DNA of 64,000 bases from a virus (Duplodnaviria; Caudoviricetes). This document shows, one piece after another, positions 1 to 9,983 of the stretch. Under the pieces are notes generated by a model. That model saw nothing but the letters and a program-made list of their open reading frames with translations, did not search any database and was not told where the DNA came from. Each line of letters opens with the position of its first letter. The stretch's first letter is position 1. The translations under genes and the position numbers were made by a program. The stretch lies in IMG/VR virus record IMGVR_UViG_3300035208_002115; one strand, given 5' to 3'.

Positions 1-41
1 TGATAAATAATATAGAACATTGTTTATTTCTTAATAATGAT

Positions 42-332
42 ATGTATTGTATCGAGGTGGAGATAAAAAAAGATTTAAAAATAAAAATATCTTTACCACA
101 AGAAACAATAGCTGCAAAACGACAATACATAAAAGATAATTCAGGTGGATATGCCATTGATTATTCTGTAAGTAAACATGAAAAAGATGTTGAAATGTAT
201 GATAAGATTGAGAAATCTATATTAAGACAAATAAAAATAAAAACCTTAACAGAAGAATTCAGATTAGTGTCTACTATCACCCACAAATACATAGAAAGTG
301 ATTTAATATATAATGAAAAAGGAGAACTTTAA
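42..332 (+). CDS. hypothetical protein
   Basis: 96 aa ORF; internal LRQIKIKTL resembles the C-tag but is not terminal. Confidence 0.6.
   Translation: MYCIEVEIKKDLKIKISLPQETIAAKRQYIKDNSGGYAIDYSVSKHEKDVEMYDKIEKSILRQIKIKTLTEEFRLVSTITHKYIESDLIYNEKGEL
305..312 (+). promoter_or_regulatory. putative late promoter AATATATA
   Basis: Octamer 22 nt upstream of the CTS-like gene at 335; recurs in similar positions before many such genes. Confidence 0.4.
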
Positions 333-334
333 TT

Positions 335-712
335 ATGACACATGTTAAAACATTTGAAAACCATTCTGGGGAATCTTCCAATAGTATAAAATGGGAAACT
401 ATAAAAAAACATGTAGCAAATCAATTACGTAATTTGTTACAACCAAGGGATATCATCATAAAAGAAGCTGGCAAAATATTAACATATCTTGTTAAAAGAA
501 GAATTAATAACGAAAAAGAATTGACATTCACTCAGACATGGGATGTATTCAAAGAAGTTAAAAATGATTTAATCAGTATTGTGGATAATTGGGATATTAG
601 AATGTGTGACAAATTGATAGAACTATATCCAAAAGGTGTTCCTTCTTTCGTTAAAAATAAAAAATATAAAGCCGAATTAACTGATGATGGATGGATTTTA
701 GTGAAAACTTAA
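335..712 (+). CDS. putative internal head protein (CTS-like leader)
   Basis: N-terminus MTHVKTFENHSGES. Confidence 0.6.
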   Translation: MTHVKTFENHSGESSNSIKWETIKKHVANQLRNLLQPRDIIIKEAGKILTYLVKRRINNEKELTFTQTWDVFKEVKNDLISIVDNWDIRMCDKLIELYPKGVPSFVKNKKYKAELTDDGWILVKT

Positions 713-723
713 TCGATTAATAT

Positions 724-755
724 TTTGGTAGTTATTTAAAATATGCGTACCTTTG
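724..755 (+). promoter_or_regulatory. Bacteroidota-type sigma-A promoter (TTTG-N20-TACCTTTG)
   Basis: TTTG 724-727 and TAnnTTTG 748-755 with a 20 nt spacer, upstream of ORF 781. Confidence 0.7.
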
Positions 756-780
756 CACCCTTATTTTAAATAACATAACA

Positions 781-1149
781 ATGCGTACCAAAAGAGATGA
801 TATTAAAAGAAAATATAATAGTATTTTCAAGGATTTCGCCACTAATTTTAATACAGAAATTGAGACATCAGATAAACCATTAATTTCCATGTTCAATGGA
901 TATAATGATGAAATATTTCACAATTTTCATTTTCAATTTAAAAATGGTATTAAATTTTATACTATAATAAGTGATGATACTAAAAAAATCACTTATCTAA
1001 GTGTTAGGATTCCAGACCCGTCTACAAGAAAAAAGTTACCAGAATATCTAAAATACATAAATCAAAAGATGAATGTACCAATAGTGGAAGGCTTTGTAGA
1101 AAATGATGTATCCAACCCTATTAAATTAGAACCAGTCGATGCTGAATAA
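781..1149 (+). CDS. hypothetical protein
   Basis: 122 aa ORF flanked by a promoter and a terminator. Confidence 0.7.
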   Translation: MRTKRDDIKRKYNSIFKDFATNFNTEIETSDKPLISMFNGYNDEIFHNFHFQFKNGIKFYTIISDDTKKITYLSVRIPDPSTRKKLPEYLKYINQKMNVPIVEGFVENDVSNPIKLEPVDAE

Positions 1150-1158
1150 ATAAAATTC

Positions 1159-1184
1159 AATCCCACAAAATAGTGGGATTTTTT
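1159..1184 (+). terminator. intrinsic terminator
   Basis: AATCCCAC/GTGGGATT stem followed by a T run. Confidence 0.7.
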
Positions 1185-1213
1185 ATTTAATATAATAATT
1201 AAAAATATTACAT

Positions 1214-1423
1214 TTGTTAGTAATAAAAATAATACCTATGAATGGTCAGAAATTAATAGATTATATCGAAAAACATAACATGAAGGATAAAGAAGTTATG
1301 GTTGTAGTTCCCATCAATGGTTGGTGTAGAGCTTACGATATAAAAGACATTGGTAACGAAGCCGATGATAATACGGTTTTTATTTCAATTGAAAATATAA
1401 TATATAAAAATGAAGAAATATGA
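1214..1423 (+). CDS. hypothetical protein
   Basis: ORF with ATGA overlap into the next gene; true start may be a downstream ATG. Confidence 0.6.
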   Translation: MLVIKIIPMNGQKLIDYIEKHNMKDKEVMVVVPINGWCRAYDIKDIGNEADDNTVFISIENIIYKNEEI

Positions 1424-2193
1424 AAATTAGAAAATTGATTTTTAAGTGGTTGACAGGATGTACTGTTGAAGAATTAAATTCTGGTCGAAGACCAGTTACA
1501 TATGAAAACGGGCGTATTCATATAGCACCATCAAGTGGTAATTCTGAGTTACAGGATAATTATCTATTTGATTTCAAAAATTATGCGAGTCAATATAACT
1601 CTTTTGGTGGTGGTAATATTTCTGTTCCAACTGAAGGAAATATTGTAAGTGGTGGAGAAACTTATAAACCCACTCAGAAAATAAAAATTAAACCCATCGA
1701 GGTTTTAGAAGAACTTGAAAAAGTCCCAACCCCCTTTTCGATTACTCTTTTAGATGAAAAAATTGAAATGTTAAAAGATAAAGAAAAATTGATTGCTCAG
1801 TCATATGCCAAACGGGAAATATCTGCTCTGTTAGAACGATTAGAAAATAGAAAATATTACGTAGATAATAAAAATTTCTTCGATAGTTTTCAAAATACGA
1901 CTGATGAAAAAATTCAGATTTTATTGGATAAATATGAATTGGTTATGAAAACGTCAGACATATTTGTTCCAGAGTTCCCCAAGGAAGCTATTGAGATTAT
2001 GAAAAATTATACCAAACTGGTTGGAAAGATTTGTAATAAGAAACCCTATTATTATGTGATTGCCACATCTGATAATTTCAATGAAGTTGATAAAAAAAGA
2101 GACCCGATTTTATTGGTTCAAAGTCCGTTCGGTTTCTTCTGGCAAATTTTGGGAGCTTGGGATAAAGAAATGTTAATATTATCCGAATTATAA
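1420..2193 (+). CDS. hypothetical protein
   Basis: 257 aa ORF; conserved-looking C-terminus DPILLVQSPFGFFWQILGAWD. Confidence 0.75.
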   Translation: MKIRKLIFKWLTGCTVEELNSGRRPVTYENGRIHIAPSSGNSELQDNYLFDFKNYASQYNSFGGGNISVPTEGNIVSGGETYKPTQKIKIKPIEVLEELEKVPTPFSITLLDEKIEMLKDKEKLIAQSYAKREISALLERLENRKYYVDNKNFFDSFQNTTDEKIQILLDKYELVMKTSDIFVPEFPKEAIEIMKNYTKLVGKICNKKPYYYVIATSDNFNEVDKKRDPILLVQSPFGFFWQILGAWDKEMLILSEL

Positions 2194-2372
2194 TGAAAAA
2201 AATATTTTCACTTACTCAATTAGTTGATATAATAGAACATAAAGAAAATGTTTATCAGGAAATTGGTGGTAAAATGTATGAGATAAATTTCATACTTATT
2301 TTACAAAAACCATTAATCGAGTTGATAACATCTGTGAGAGACGGCATCTTATATTACAACTCTGAATACTAA
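2193..2372 (+). CDS. small hypothetical protein (59 aa, not in ORF track)
   Basis: MKKIFSLTQL...YYNSEY; TAATG coupling to the upstream gene, fills the gap. Confidence 0.6.
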   Translation: MKKIFSLTQLVDIIEHKENVYQEIGGKMYEINFILILQKPLIELITSVRDGILYYNSEY

Positions 2373-2378
2373 ATTATA

Positions 2379-3308
2379 ATGACTACTGAAGATATAAAAT
2401 TAAAAGCGTTCGAATTACATCATATGGCTAATAAGTTATATGCTGGGCAACCATATTCATTTCATTTGGAAATGGTATATGATTTTTATAAAAAATATGA
2501 ACGTTATTTAACTACCGAACAACGAATAATAGTAGAAAATGCTTTGTGGTTTCATGATGTTGAAGAAGATTGTGGAATGAGTTATCATGAGATTTCTAAA
2601 ATAATTGGGGAAGAATCTGCTGACATCGTTTTTAATGTTACTAATGAACAAGGTAAATCCAGAAAAGAAAAAATTCTTAAAACGTTATATAAAACATCCA
2701 CAGCATATGAATCTATATTTTTAAAATTGTGTGATAGGCTGGCGAATATGACTTTTTCTTTCACAGAAAAACTTAAAAATGAACAATCTGATATGTATGA
2801 TACATATGTGAATGAATATTATGTTTTAAGATATACATTAAATCGCAACGGTTGGTTCAAAGATATGTGGGTAGAATTGGATAGTTTAGCTGGATACTAT
2901 AAAGGTATTATTTATCCAAACAAAAATTATATTGAGCATCTTGTCAAAGAAAGAAGTGAATTATGGGATATGTATCAGAAATCTTTCGACCCATCAATAG
3001 GCGAATATGGTGATTATGCTATACCTGAACCAAAAGAAATTGATATACTTGGTGATAGGATTTATAAAATGGTTAAAGCAAAATCTGACCAATTACCTTT
3101 TGATTTCATCATAGAGACTTTAACCAGCCTTGGACAAGCACCTAATTTATTATATGATGATAATGGTCATTTCTGTTTAACAAGTGAAAGCTTCCAGAGT
3201 GTGTCAGCAGGTGATGAACCTTCGGACACTGAAATTAATATATTTGTATCCAAACATCAATGGAAAAATAATATTAAAGATGCCCTGAAAGAATATTTAA
3301 AAGATTAA
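2379..3308 (+). CDS. RelA/SpoT/Mesh1-type HD hydrolase with extra C-terminal domain
   Basis: GQPYSFH, FHDVEED and LKLCDRLANM motifs of the (p)ppGpp hydrolase HD family. Confidence 0.8.
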   Translation: MTTEDIKLKAFELHHMANKLYAGQPYSFHLEMVYDFYKKYERYLTTEQRIIVENALWFHDVEEDCGMSYHEISKIIGEESADIVFNVTNEQGKSRKEKILKTLYKTSTAYESIFLKLCDRLANMTFSFTEKLKNEQSDMYDTYVNEYYVLRYTLNRNGWFKDMWVELDSLAGYYKGIIYPNKNYIEHLVKERSELWDMYQKSFDPSIGEYGDYAIPEPKEIDILGDRIYKMVKAKSDQLPFDFIIETLTSLGQAPNLLYDDNGHFCLTSESFQSVSAGDEPSDTEINIFVSKHQWKNNIKDALKEYLKD

Positions 3309-3313
3309 ACCGT

Positions 3314-3547
3314 ATGAAATTTTATATGTGGCAGATTTTAATATTTAAAATTTTATATAAAAAATATTGTAAATTAATATGTCATTGGAGTGGTCATATA
3401 TATACCGCATTCTGTAATAACGGTATTATTTTCAACGATGAGGTTTATCCATCAATTTTTTATGTTTGTTCAAGATGTAATAATTCATTATCACCAGAAG
3501 AATATAAACAGTATGAACGTAAACAAAAAATAAAAACAATCCTATAA
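3314..3547 (+). CDS. C-tag protein, Zn-binding (CxxxGH...CxxC)
   Basis: Ends ERKQKIKTIL; paralog of 3553. Confidence 0.7.
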   Translation: MKFYMWQILIFKILYKKYCKLICHWSGHIYTAFCNNGIIFNDEVYPSIFYVCSRCNNSLSPEEYKQYERKQKIKTIL

Positions 3548-3552
3548 TATTT

Positions 3553-3822
3553 ATGTTCAATGTTCCCCCACATAAAGAATTTTCACATAAGTTCACTTTT
3601 AAAATTATATGTGACTGGTTAAAATATAATTTCGTTATCCTTAGAATAAAATATAATTGTTCTATTCATGGACATAAATATAAATTACTTTATGAAAAAG
3701 GTAATTTTGGAAAAATATCATTGAAAGACGACATATATCAATGTTCAGTTTGTCAAAAAAGAATAATGGGAAATGACCTTTTAATGGAAGAACGAAAAAG
3801 AAAAATAAAAAGCATACTATGA
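3553..3822 (+). CDS. C-tag protein, Zn-binding (CxxxGH...CxxC)
   Basis: Ends ERKRKIKSIL. Confidence 0.7.
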   Translation: MFNVPPHKEFSHKFTFKIICDWLKYNFVILRIKYNCSIHGHKYKLLYEKGNFGKISLKDDIYQCSVCQKRIMGNDLLMEERKRKIKSIL

Positions 3823-4307
3823 TAGTAATATACAAAGAAAATGATTACCCTATTAAGTCATTAAAAAATGAACAGAAATATTTAATTAAAACTATCACTG
3901 ATGATAATGTTGAATTGTTTAACATCCGAGGGATATTTAATAAATCTAATTTTTTAGATGAAGACGGGAATGAGATAAAGAGCGAAAAATATACCAATAA
4001 ATATATCATCACTAAAAAAAATACAGAACGTGGTGACAGGGTATTGTGTGTTGATAATTTTGGTGATATGCGATTAGGTGTAGGTAGTGTTTATAAAGTA
4101 GAAGATGTTGTACATTACATGGATAAATCATTTAAATTAGATTTAGTACATGATACAGATTTTATACCACAGTCAGGCTGGATATATACTACCATGAGAG
4201 GTGCTGAATTTAATCCAAATGCATTTATTAAGTTCAATAAAGAAACAGAACGATATATAAAATGTTTGAAAATTTTTGATGATATAAACGTTTTAAAATT
4301 GGAATAA
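3819..4307 (+). CDS. C-tag protein with GDxVxC beta domain
   Basis: GDRVLCVD...YKV; ERYIKCLKIF near the C-terminus. Confidence 0.65.
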   Translation: MIVIYKENDYPIKSLKNEQKYLIKTITDDNVELFNIRGIFNKSNFLDEDGNEIKSEKYTNKYIITKKNTERGDRVLCVDNFGDMRLGVGSVYKVEDVVHYMDKSFKLDLVHDTDFIPQSGWIYTTMRGAEFNPNAFIKFNKETERYIKCLKIFDDINVLKLE

Positions 4308-4308
4308 T

Positions 4309-4590
4309 ATGAATGAACTGGAAGAAATGAAATCAGCTAAAGCTGAATATGACCGTATATGTCAAATTCATGAAGATTTCATAAAAGAACATACAAACCA
4401 AACACATTCCGATGTCGATGCTGTTTCTAATATGATGTCACGTTCTTCCATTGAAAATATGTCAACCATTGAAATTAAAACCATTGAAGATGTTATTCAA
4501 TGGAAAGAGATAGAAAATAAACGTTTAGAATATCATAAGAAATATGTAGATTTGTATATCAAAGCTAAACAAAAAGGGTTAATACAATGA
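4309..4590 (+). CDS. hypothetical protein
   Basis: 93 aa helical ORF within the operon. Confidence 0.65.
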   Translation: MNELEEMKSAKAEYDRICQIHEDFIKEHTNQTHSDVDAVSNMMSRSSIENMSTIEIKTIEDVIQWKEIENKRLEYHKKYVDLYIKAKQKGLIQ

Positions 4591-4961
4591 GTATATTTTT
4601 TGATGTTGAGAAAGGTAGCATTCTTCATAAAAAAATGCTAATATGGAGTTCTTTTTCAGTATTATTTGCATTAATTGTTAATACTATTATATTGTGGTGT
4701 TTGACTTTTCATAATGGTATGGATAAAAAACCATCTTCTACAAACAGCACAATAGTCGGAATATACTGTATATGGTTTTTTTATAGTTTATTCACAATAA
4801 AAGAGATAAATAAAAAATCATTATTAACACATGCGCCATTGACTATACCAATTTATACTTTCTTATTCTTTATTTACAGATACCTACGTAATAAATATCC
4901 ATGTGTAGGTGATATAAACATTAAACGTAAAATATTAATAAAAAGATGGGGATTAAAATAA
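4587..4961 (+). CDS. membrane protein (paralog of 4946)
   Basis: About 3 hydrophobic segments; shared xGSxLxxK and RNKYP motifs. Confidence 0.7.
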   Translation: MSIFFDVEKGSILHKKMLIWSSFSVLFALIVNTIILWCLTFHNGMDKKPSSTNSTIVGIYCIWFFYSLFTIKEINKKSLLTHAPLTIPIYTFLFFIYRYLRNKYPCVGDINIKRKILIKRWGLK

Positions 4962-5323
4962 AACAAATAAAAGAGGGAAGTGAACTATTTCATAAGATAA
5001 ATAGTTATACCGTAAAAACATTCTACCTATCAATTTTAATTCAATTTATAGGCATTATTGTCTCTTTATTAATAATACACAACGTATATTATTTTATCGC
5101 AAGTGTATCGTATTTTATATGGATAATAATGTCACTGGTTTTAATAAATAAAGTAGTGGCAAATTTTTCTTTTATAAATTTAAAATTTTTTCCCGTAATA
5201 ATAATAGTTATACCAATTTTATATTTTTATTATTTTTTATTTAGAAATAAATACCCAGCATCAAAAGATGCTGATTATTTAAAGAATTTTTATAGGATGA
5301 GAAAGATAAAAGATATCTTATGA
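4946..5323 (+). CDS. membrane protein with C-tag
   Basis: Hydrophobic segments, RNKYP, ends YRMRKIKDIL. Confidence 0.7.
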   Translation: MGIKIKQIKEGSELFHKINSYTVKTFYLSILIQFIGIIVSLLIIHNVYYFIASVSYFIWIIMSLVLINKVVANFSFINLKFFPVIIIVIPILYFYYFLFRNKYPASKDADYLKNFYRMRKIKDIL

Positions 5324-5324
5324 T

Positions 5325-6182
5325 ATGAGTACAAAAATATATGATGGTATGATTTTCGAATCAGATAATCTATCAAAATTTCACAAAGTCATAAAACAAT
5401 TGCATTCTGAAGCATCAATTATCAAAGATGAGTTAGCCCTTAAACTTATAGCCTATAAATATCAAACATATTTCGATAATAAAACCAGAAAAGAAGAAAT
5501 AGCAAATGATTTTAAAAGAAAATTAGATGAAAAGACTGTCAATTTTATTTTAAACAACAATTATGTATTTATTAATATCCTAACAGAATTAATAAATAAA
5601 CGCTGCAAATCTGTATTAAATTCAATTGAAAGAGATATATCATATGATTTAGATTTAGTGGTAAACTTTGCGCCAGTAAATAAAAGAATATTAATATATC
5701 CATATTATGAACAAAAGGAATATGGCATTTTATTGAATAAATATTTTAAACAATTCGGGTATTGGAACAACACAGATAAACCAGATAATGTATTGGGTCG
5801 GGATTGGACTATTAGAAAAAAAATGTGGGATAAAGTAGTGGATGAGAAGATGTTAAAATACACACTCATTAACTCTAATGATATTATAATATCTTATCCG
5901 TATTCATTCGATAATTTTAATGATTTCTCAACTAAATTAATATCATATTTCTCACCCTTACCAGAGAGAGCTTCTGAATACGCTAAAAAGAAATATATCG
6001 AAGAATTTATAAAGAATAATCAAGACTCAGAAACAACAGGTTTCGAAAGCGTTTTTAGTGCCATAGATTCTTTGAAAGAAGAAAAGGTGAAAGTCACCAT
6101 CAAGAGATACACAGAAGAAATATTAGCTACTCTACAAGAAATAGATGTTGATATATTAAACCATTATCGGCTGGAAAAATAA
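5325..6182 (+). CDS. hypothetical protein
   Basis: 285 aa ORF; MSTKIYDG start and YWNNTDKPD..W..R...W motif. Confidence 0.75.
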   Translation: MSTKIYDGMIFESDNLSKFHKVIKQLHSEASIIKDELALKLIAYKYQTYFDNKTRKEEIANDFKRKLDEKTVNFILNNNYVFINILTELINKRCKSVLNSIERDISYDLDLVVNFAPVNKRILIYPYYEQKEYGILLNKYFKQFGYWNNTDKPDNVLGRDWTIRKKMWDKVVDEKMLKYTLINSNDIIISYPYSFDNFNDFSTKLISYFSPLPERASEYAKKKYIEEFIKNNQDSETTGFESVFSAIDSLKEEKVKVTIKRYTEEILATLQEIDVDILNHYRLEK

Positions 6183-6186
6183 TTAG

Positions 6187-6447
6187 ATGAAACATAATAT
6201 TCCCAACCCACATAGAGATTATCTAAATGATTATTTAATATATTTCAAAACAGAAAAAGGTTTCGAATTATATTACGAAGCTTATGCTTTATATTTTGAA
6301 CAAAGTCCTAATCAATTTAGATGGACATTTCCAACATTTATTAGAAACCCCACTGGTTCTGAACGTGATAAGTATCTGAATTTAGTTAAATTAAAACATA
6401 GAAAAGAAAAAATTGAAGATATATTAGATGAAACCCCCACAACTTGA
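6187..6447 (+). CDS. C-tag protein, LYxxAYxxY family
   Basis: ELYYEAYALY...TFPTFI...HRKEKIEDIL. Confidence 0.7.
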   Translation: MKHNIPNPHRDYLNDYLIYFKTEKGFELYYEAYALYFEQSPNQFRWTFPTFIRNPTGSERDKYLNLVKLKHRKEKIEDILDETPTT

Positions 6448-6652
6448 TTATTATGATAGTAAAGGCACTCTTATTGACTATGACCTTTATTGGATGGCGT
6501 ACCATAATTATATTTACGAATGTAAAATGGGTGAGCATGTTTATTCTTTTACATATTTTATTAATAATGGTGTAAGTGATAAATATATTATAAATACCAA
6601 ACAAACTCACAGGAAATTAAAAATAAAAGAAATATTTAGTGATATAGAATAA
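6428..6652 (+). CDS. C-tag protein, LYxxAYxxY family
   Basis: DLYWMAYHNY...SFTYFI...HRKLKIKEIF. Confidence 0.7.
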   Translation: MKPPQLDYYDSKGTLIDYDLYWMAYHNYIYECKMGEHVYSFTYFINNGVSDKYIINTKQTHRKLKIKEIFSDIE

Positions 6653-6686
6653 TCAATTATAATTTTTTTCTTATTTAATTATTGAT

Positions 6687-6694
6687 TATTTTTG
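6687..6694 (+). promoter_or_regulatory. Bacteroidota-type -7 element TATTTTTG
   Basis: TAnnTTTG 17 nt upstream of ATG 6712. Confidence 0.45.
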
Positions 6695-6711
6695 TTTAAA
6701 ATATTATAAAA

Positions 6712-8085
6712 ATGTTACAATTAGAAGGTAAAATAAATAAGGACTGTCAAATATTTATAGATGATGTTTAGCCACAAGCCATATCGACTATAATGAATAT
6801 TTTGAACAACTCATTGACAGAAAATGTTCCGATTCGTATTATGCCTGATTGCCATGAAGGTAAAGGTATTGTAATAGGATTTACTATGCCACTCAATAAA
6901 GGTGTCATACCCAATTGGATTGGGGTTGATATTGGATGTGGTGTGCTTGTATCAAGTTTTCCCAAATCTACAAAAATGAGTTTGGAAAAAGTAAATGCTA
7001 AAATAATCGAAACTGTCCCAACAGGTGTAAATATTCATCAGGAAAACATTTTTGGTGATATACCGTTCAATATACCACAACGCATTGCTGATTTATTCAC
7101 TGTTGAATTCAATAAAAAATTTGGAACTACTTATAAAGCACCAGTATACAATCAGGATTGGTTAGACCAAAAAATGAATGATATTGGTATATCTGATTTG
7201 ATTTTTTACAATTCCATTGGAACGCTCGGTGGTGGAAATCATTTCATTGAAATTGGTGCTGGTTCTAAAGATTATTGGGTGACAATTCACTCAGGAAGTC
7301 GTAATTTTGGTTTAAAGATTGCTAATTACTGGACAAAAGTTGCTGAAGACTCGATATCCAAACCAACAAAAGATTATAATAAGAAATTGGATGATATCAT
7401 TCAAAATACAAACGATAAAAAGTTGATACCAGAAAAAATAAAAGAATTAAAAAAATCTTTCAACATGGGTATCAATAGAAATGATGCATTCTTATCTGGA
7501 GATAATATGATGGGGTATTTATATGATATGATATTCGCCCAATTATACGCTTCATGGAGTCGTAAAACTATGTTGGGTATTATTCAAAAGATTCTTAAAG
7601 TAAAGCAGTTTTCAGAATCATTCGAAACAATACACAATTATATTGATTTTAATGACTTCATTATGCGTAAGGGTGCAATATCCTCATATGAAGGTAAAAA
7701 GATGATTATACCTCTTAATATGCGTGATGGTGTCCTTTTATGTGAAGGTAAGTCCAATGCCGACTGGAATTTTTCTGCACCGCATGGTGCAGGTAGAATA
7801 ATGTCAAGAGGTGAAGCCAAACAAAAGGTTGATTTGAAAAAATTCCAAGAAACAATGAAAGGGGTTTACTCGACCACAGTATGTAAGGAAACATTGGATG
7901 AATCACCATTTGCTTACAAGAAATCATCGGTGATAGAAGCTGCTATTGAGCCGACTGCTATCATATTGGATAAAATTAAGCCAATACTGAACATAAAAGA
8001 TGCAGGTAAACAAATGTCTTGGAAAGAAATACGAGAAGAAAAAAAACATCGTAAAGCTACTCAATATGAAAGAAAACGTAGATAA
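6712..8085 (+). CDS. rtcB: RtcB RNA ligase (in-frame TAG at 6769-6771)
   Basis: MPDCH, GVDIGCG, GTLGGGNHF, HSGSR, HNY, RKGA, SAPHGAGR, DESPFAYK; upstream in-frame MLQLEGKINKDCQIFIDDV* resembles the usual RtcB N-terminus. Confidence 0.92.
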
Positions 8086-8272
8086 TATCACCGTAGAAAT
8101 TAATGAGAGAGCCATAGTTGAAGTTATCAACTTTGATGAAAATACATCTTGGATTAGATGGTATCTACCAGATTTTTCAGATAATGGTAATATAGATTTA
8201 CCTAAAGGTGGTAATTATCAACTGAAAGAGAGAATAGGCAACATAGTTACTGTTGAATATTTGGTAAAATAA
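8066..8272 (+). CDS. hypothetical protein
   Basis: Likely start MKENVDNI at 8066 rather than 8000. Confidence 0.55.
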   Translation: MKENVDNITVEINERAIVEVINFDENTSWIRWYLPDFSDNGNIDLPKGGNYQLKERIGNIVTVEYLVK

Positions 8273-8279
8273 TACGAAT

Positions 8280-8612
8280 GTGATTAAAGTAGACTGGGAT
8301 AATCTAAACAAAGATGATAAGGAATTGATGTTAAAATTCCGTTATATTATTGATGCGTATGATGATGAATCGATTGATTCCACTAAAATAACTGAAGAAA
8401 AACGTGAATTTGTTACAGCCATTCACGATTTTTTAAATTATATACAAAGTTTCGAAAAGGCTCATGATGATGTTATTGGTCACATTTTAAAGTATCAAAG
8501 GCATATTATTGAAAATTTTGTTGTAAAATTCTATACAACTATTGATTTGAAAATATTCCGAAAGAAAAAACTTGATAATATATTCAATGAAGAATTTGAT
8601 ATTATTAAATAA
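8280..8612 (+). CDS. C-tag protein
   Basis: FRKKKLDNIF near the C-terminus. Confidence 0.7.
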   Translation: MIKVDWDNLNKDDKELMLKFRYIIDAYDDESIDSTKITEEKREFVTAIHDFLNYIQSFEKAHDDVIGHILKYQRHIIENFVVKFYTTIDLKIFRKKKLDNIFNEEFDIIK

Positions 8613-9387
8613 ATTTGTTAAATTGTTTAATGATAAATTCAAAGTCGTTATAGATATGAATTTTGATTTTAAAAATGAATATCATAAAGATAATACGACT
8701 TTTTATATTACATATGGACTTGATTATAACTATAACCCAGTTGCTGTTAATAAGATAAATGAATATGAAAGATATATTGATAAGCATCTTATGAATTTCA
8801 ATATTGATGAAACAGAAAATCAACCGCTTCAAGATGAAATAAATGAGGTTTATAAAAAAATACATTCAATATTAATTGAATATGGTTATCTTTCATTTCA
8901 AAAAACTCTTGATACATACCAATTAGTACAAAGAAACTGGTTTAGAATATTAAAAGAATATGATTCATATGGTTCTTCATTAATTTATGATGAAGAATTT
9001 AAAATTGCATATTCTATTTATAATAATTATGATGATATAGCATGTATTAACCGAGATAAATTAACTATCTACACTTTATTCATCATTCGGGAAGATTGGG
9101 TGTGTGAAGTTGGAGACGTTTGCTATAATATAGATAAGCAACAATTTTATTTGAATAATTATAACACATTTTATTTCCCAGAAGAATTAAGAAAAATTCC
9201 TTTAGATGTTTTTTCTGGAAAAGCTGCATTTTATTACCATCCTGAAATAAATACTGTTGTATTAAAATGTGATGATTTTACAGTCACAAAAATACCGTCT
9301 TCAATTATTCATTCCAATGGTTATATTAACTTGGTGTATGATAAATCTTTATTGAGAAAAATAAAAATAGAAAATATTAATATTTAA
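8587..9387 (+). CDS. C-tag protein
   Basis: Ends LLRKIKIENINI; ATG start at 8587 preferred. Confidence 0.7.
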   Translation: MKNLILLNKFVKLFNDKFKVVIDMNFDFKNEYHKDNTTFYITYGLDYNYNPVAVNKINEYERYIDKHLMNFNIDETENQPLQDEINEVYKKIHSILIEYGYLSFQKTLDTYQLVQRNWFRILKEYDSYGSSLIYDEEFKIAYSIYNNYDDIACINRDKLTIYTLFIIREDWVCEVGDVCYNIDKQQFYLNNYNTFYFPEELRKIPLDVFSGKAAFYYHPEINTVVLKCDDFTVTKIPSSIIHSNGYINLVYDKSLLRKIKIENINI

Positions 9388-9466
9388 TTGGTGTTTTATA
9401 AAAAAAGGTATACCTTTCCATTAATTTAAATTTCATATTTAAATTCAAAAATAATGTATAAAAGAT

Positions 9467-9922
9467 ATGGAATGTTTAACAGTAGATAAATATGATTATA
9501 AAATCAATTGGTATAATTCTGAGTTAAAAACCTTAAAAAATAAAATAATAGATACTCGCACAGATAATATTATTAAAGAATATTTATACAAGCCACTTTA
9601 TTTAACTTTAAATATTTATCCAAAACATTTAATAGACGTAATTCATAAGACTTGTATAGAAAATAATAATACTGATGTTTCTATTTCTGAATACAAGAAA
9701 CTATATCAACCTTTTAAAATAAAAATAAAAGATGATTCTAAATATGTAATTAAGAGAACCTATTTAGTTAATGAAAGATTTAGAGTAGAAGAATATAACA
9801 CCAATGTTTTATTTATCATCGAAGATGTAATAAAAGAAATTACTTCGATGTTCGTTAACAGTGAACAAATAATAAAAGTCGTAAAACCACAACTTTATCT
9901 TCGTATGGCTACTTTGAATTAG
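9467..9922 (+). CDS. hypothetical protein
   Basis: 151 aa ORF. Confidence 0.65.
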   Translation: MECLTVDKYDYKINWYNSELKTLKNKIIDTRTDNIIKEYLYKPLYLTLNIYPKHLIDVIHKTCIENNNTDVSISEYKKLYQPFKIKIKDDSKYVIKRTYLVNERFRVEEYNTNVLFIIEDVIKEITSMFVNSEQIIKVVKPQLYLRMATLN

Positions 9923-9956
9923 TTATTTTAACTTAAAAAAATATTATTTATTTTTT

Positions 9957-9964
9957 AATATATA
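9957..9964 (+). promoter_or_regulatory. putative late promoter AATATATA
   Basis: 19 nt upstream of CTS-like gene 9984. Confidence 0.5.
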
Positions 9965-9983
9965 AAGAAAAATAATATTTTAT

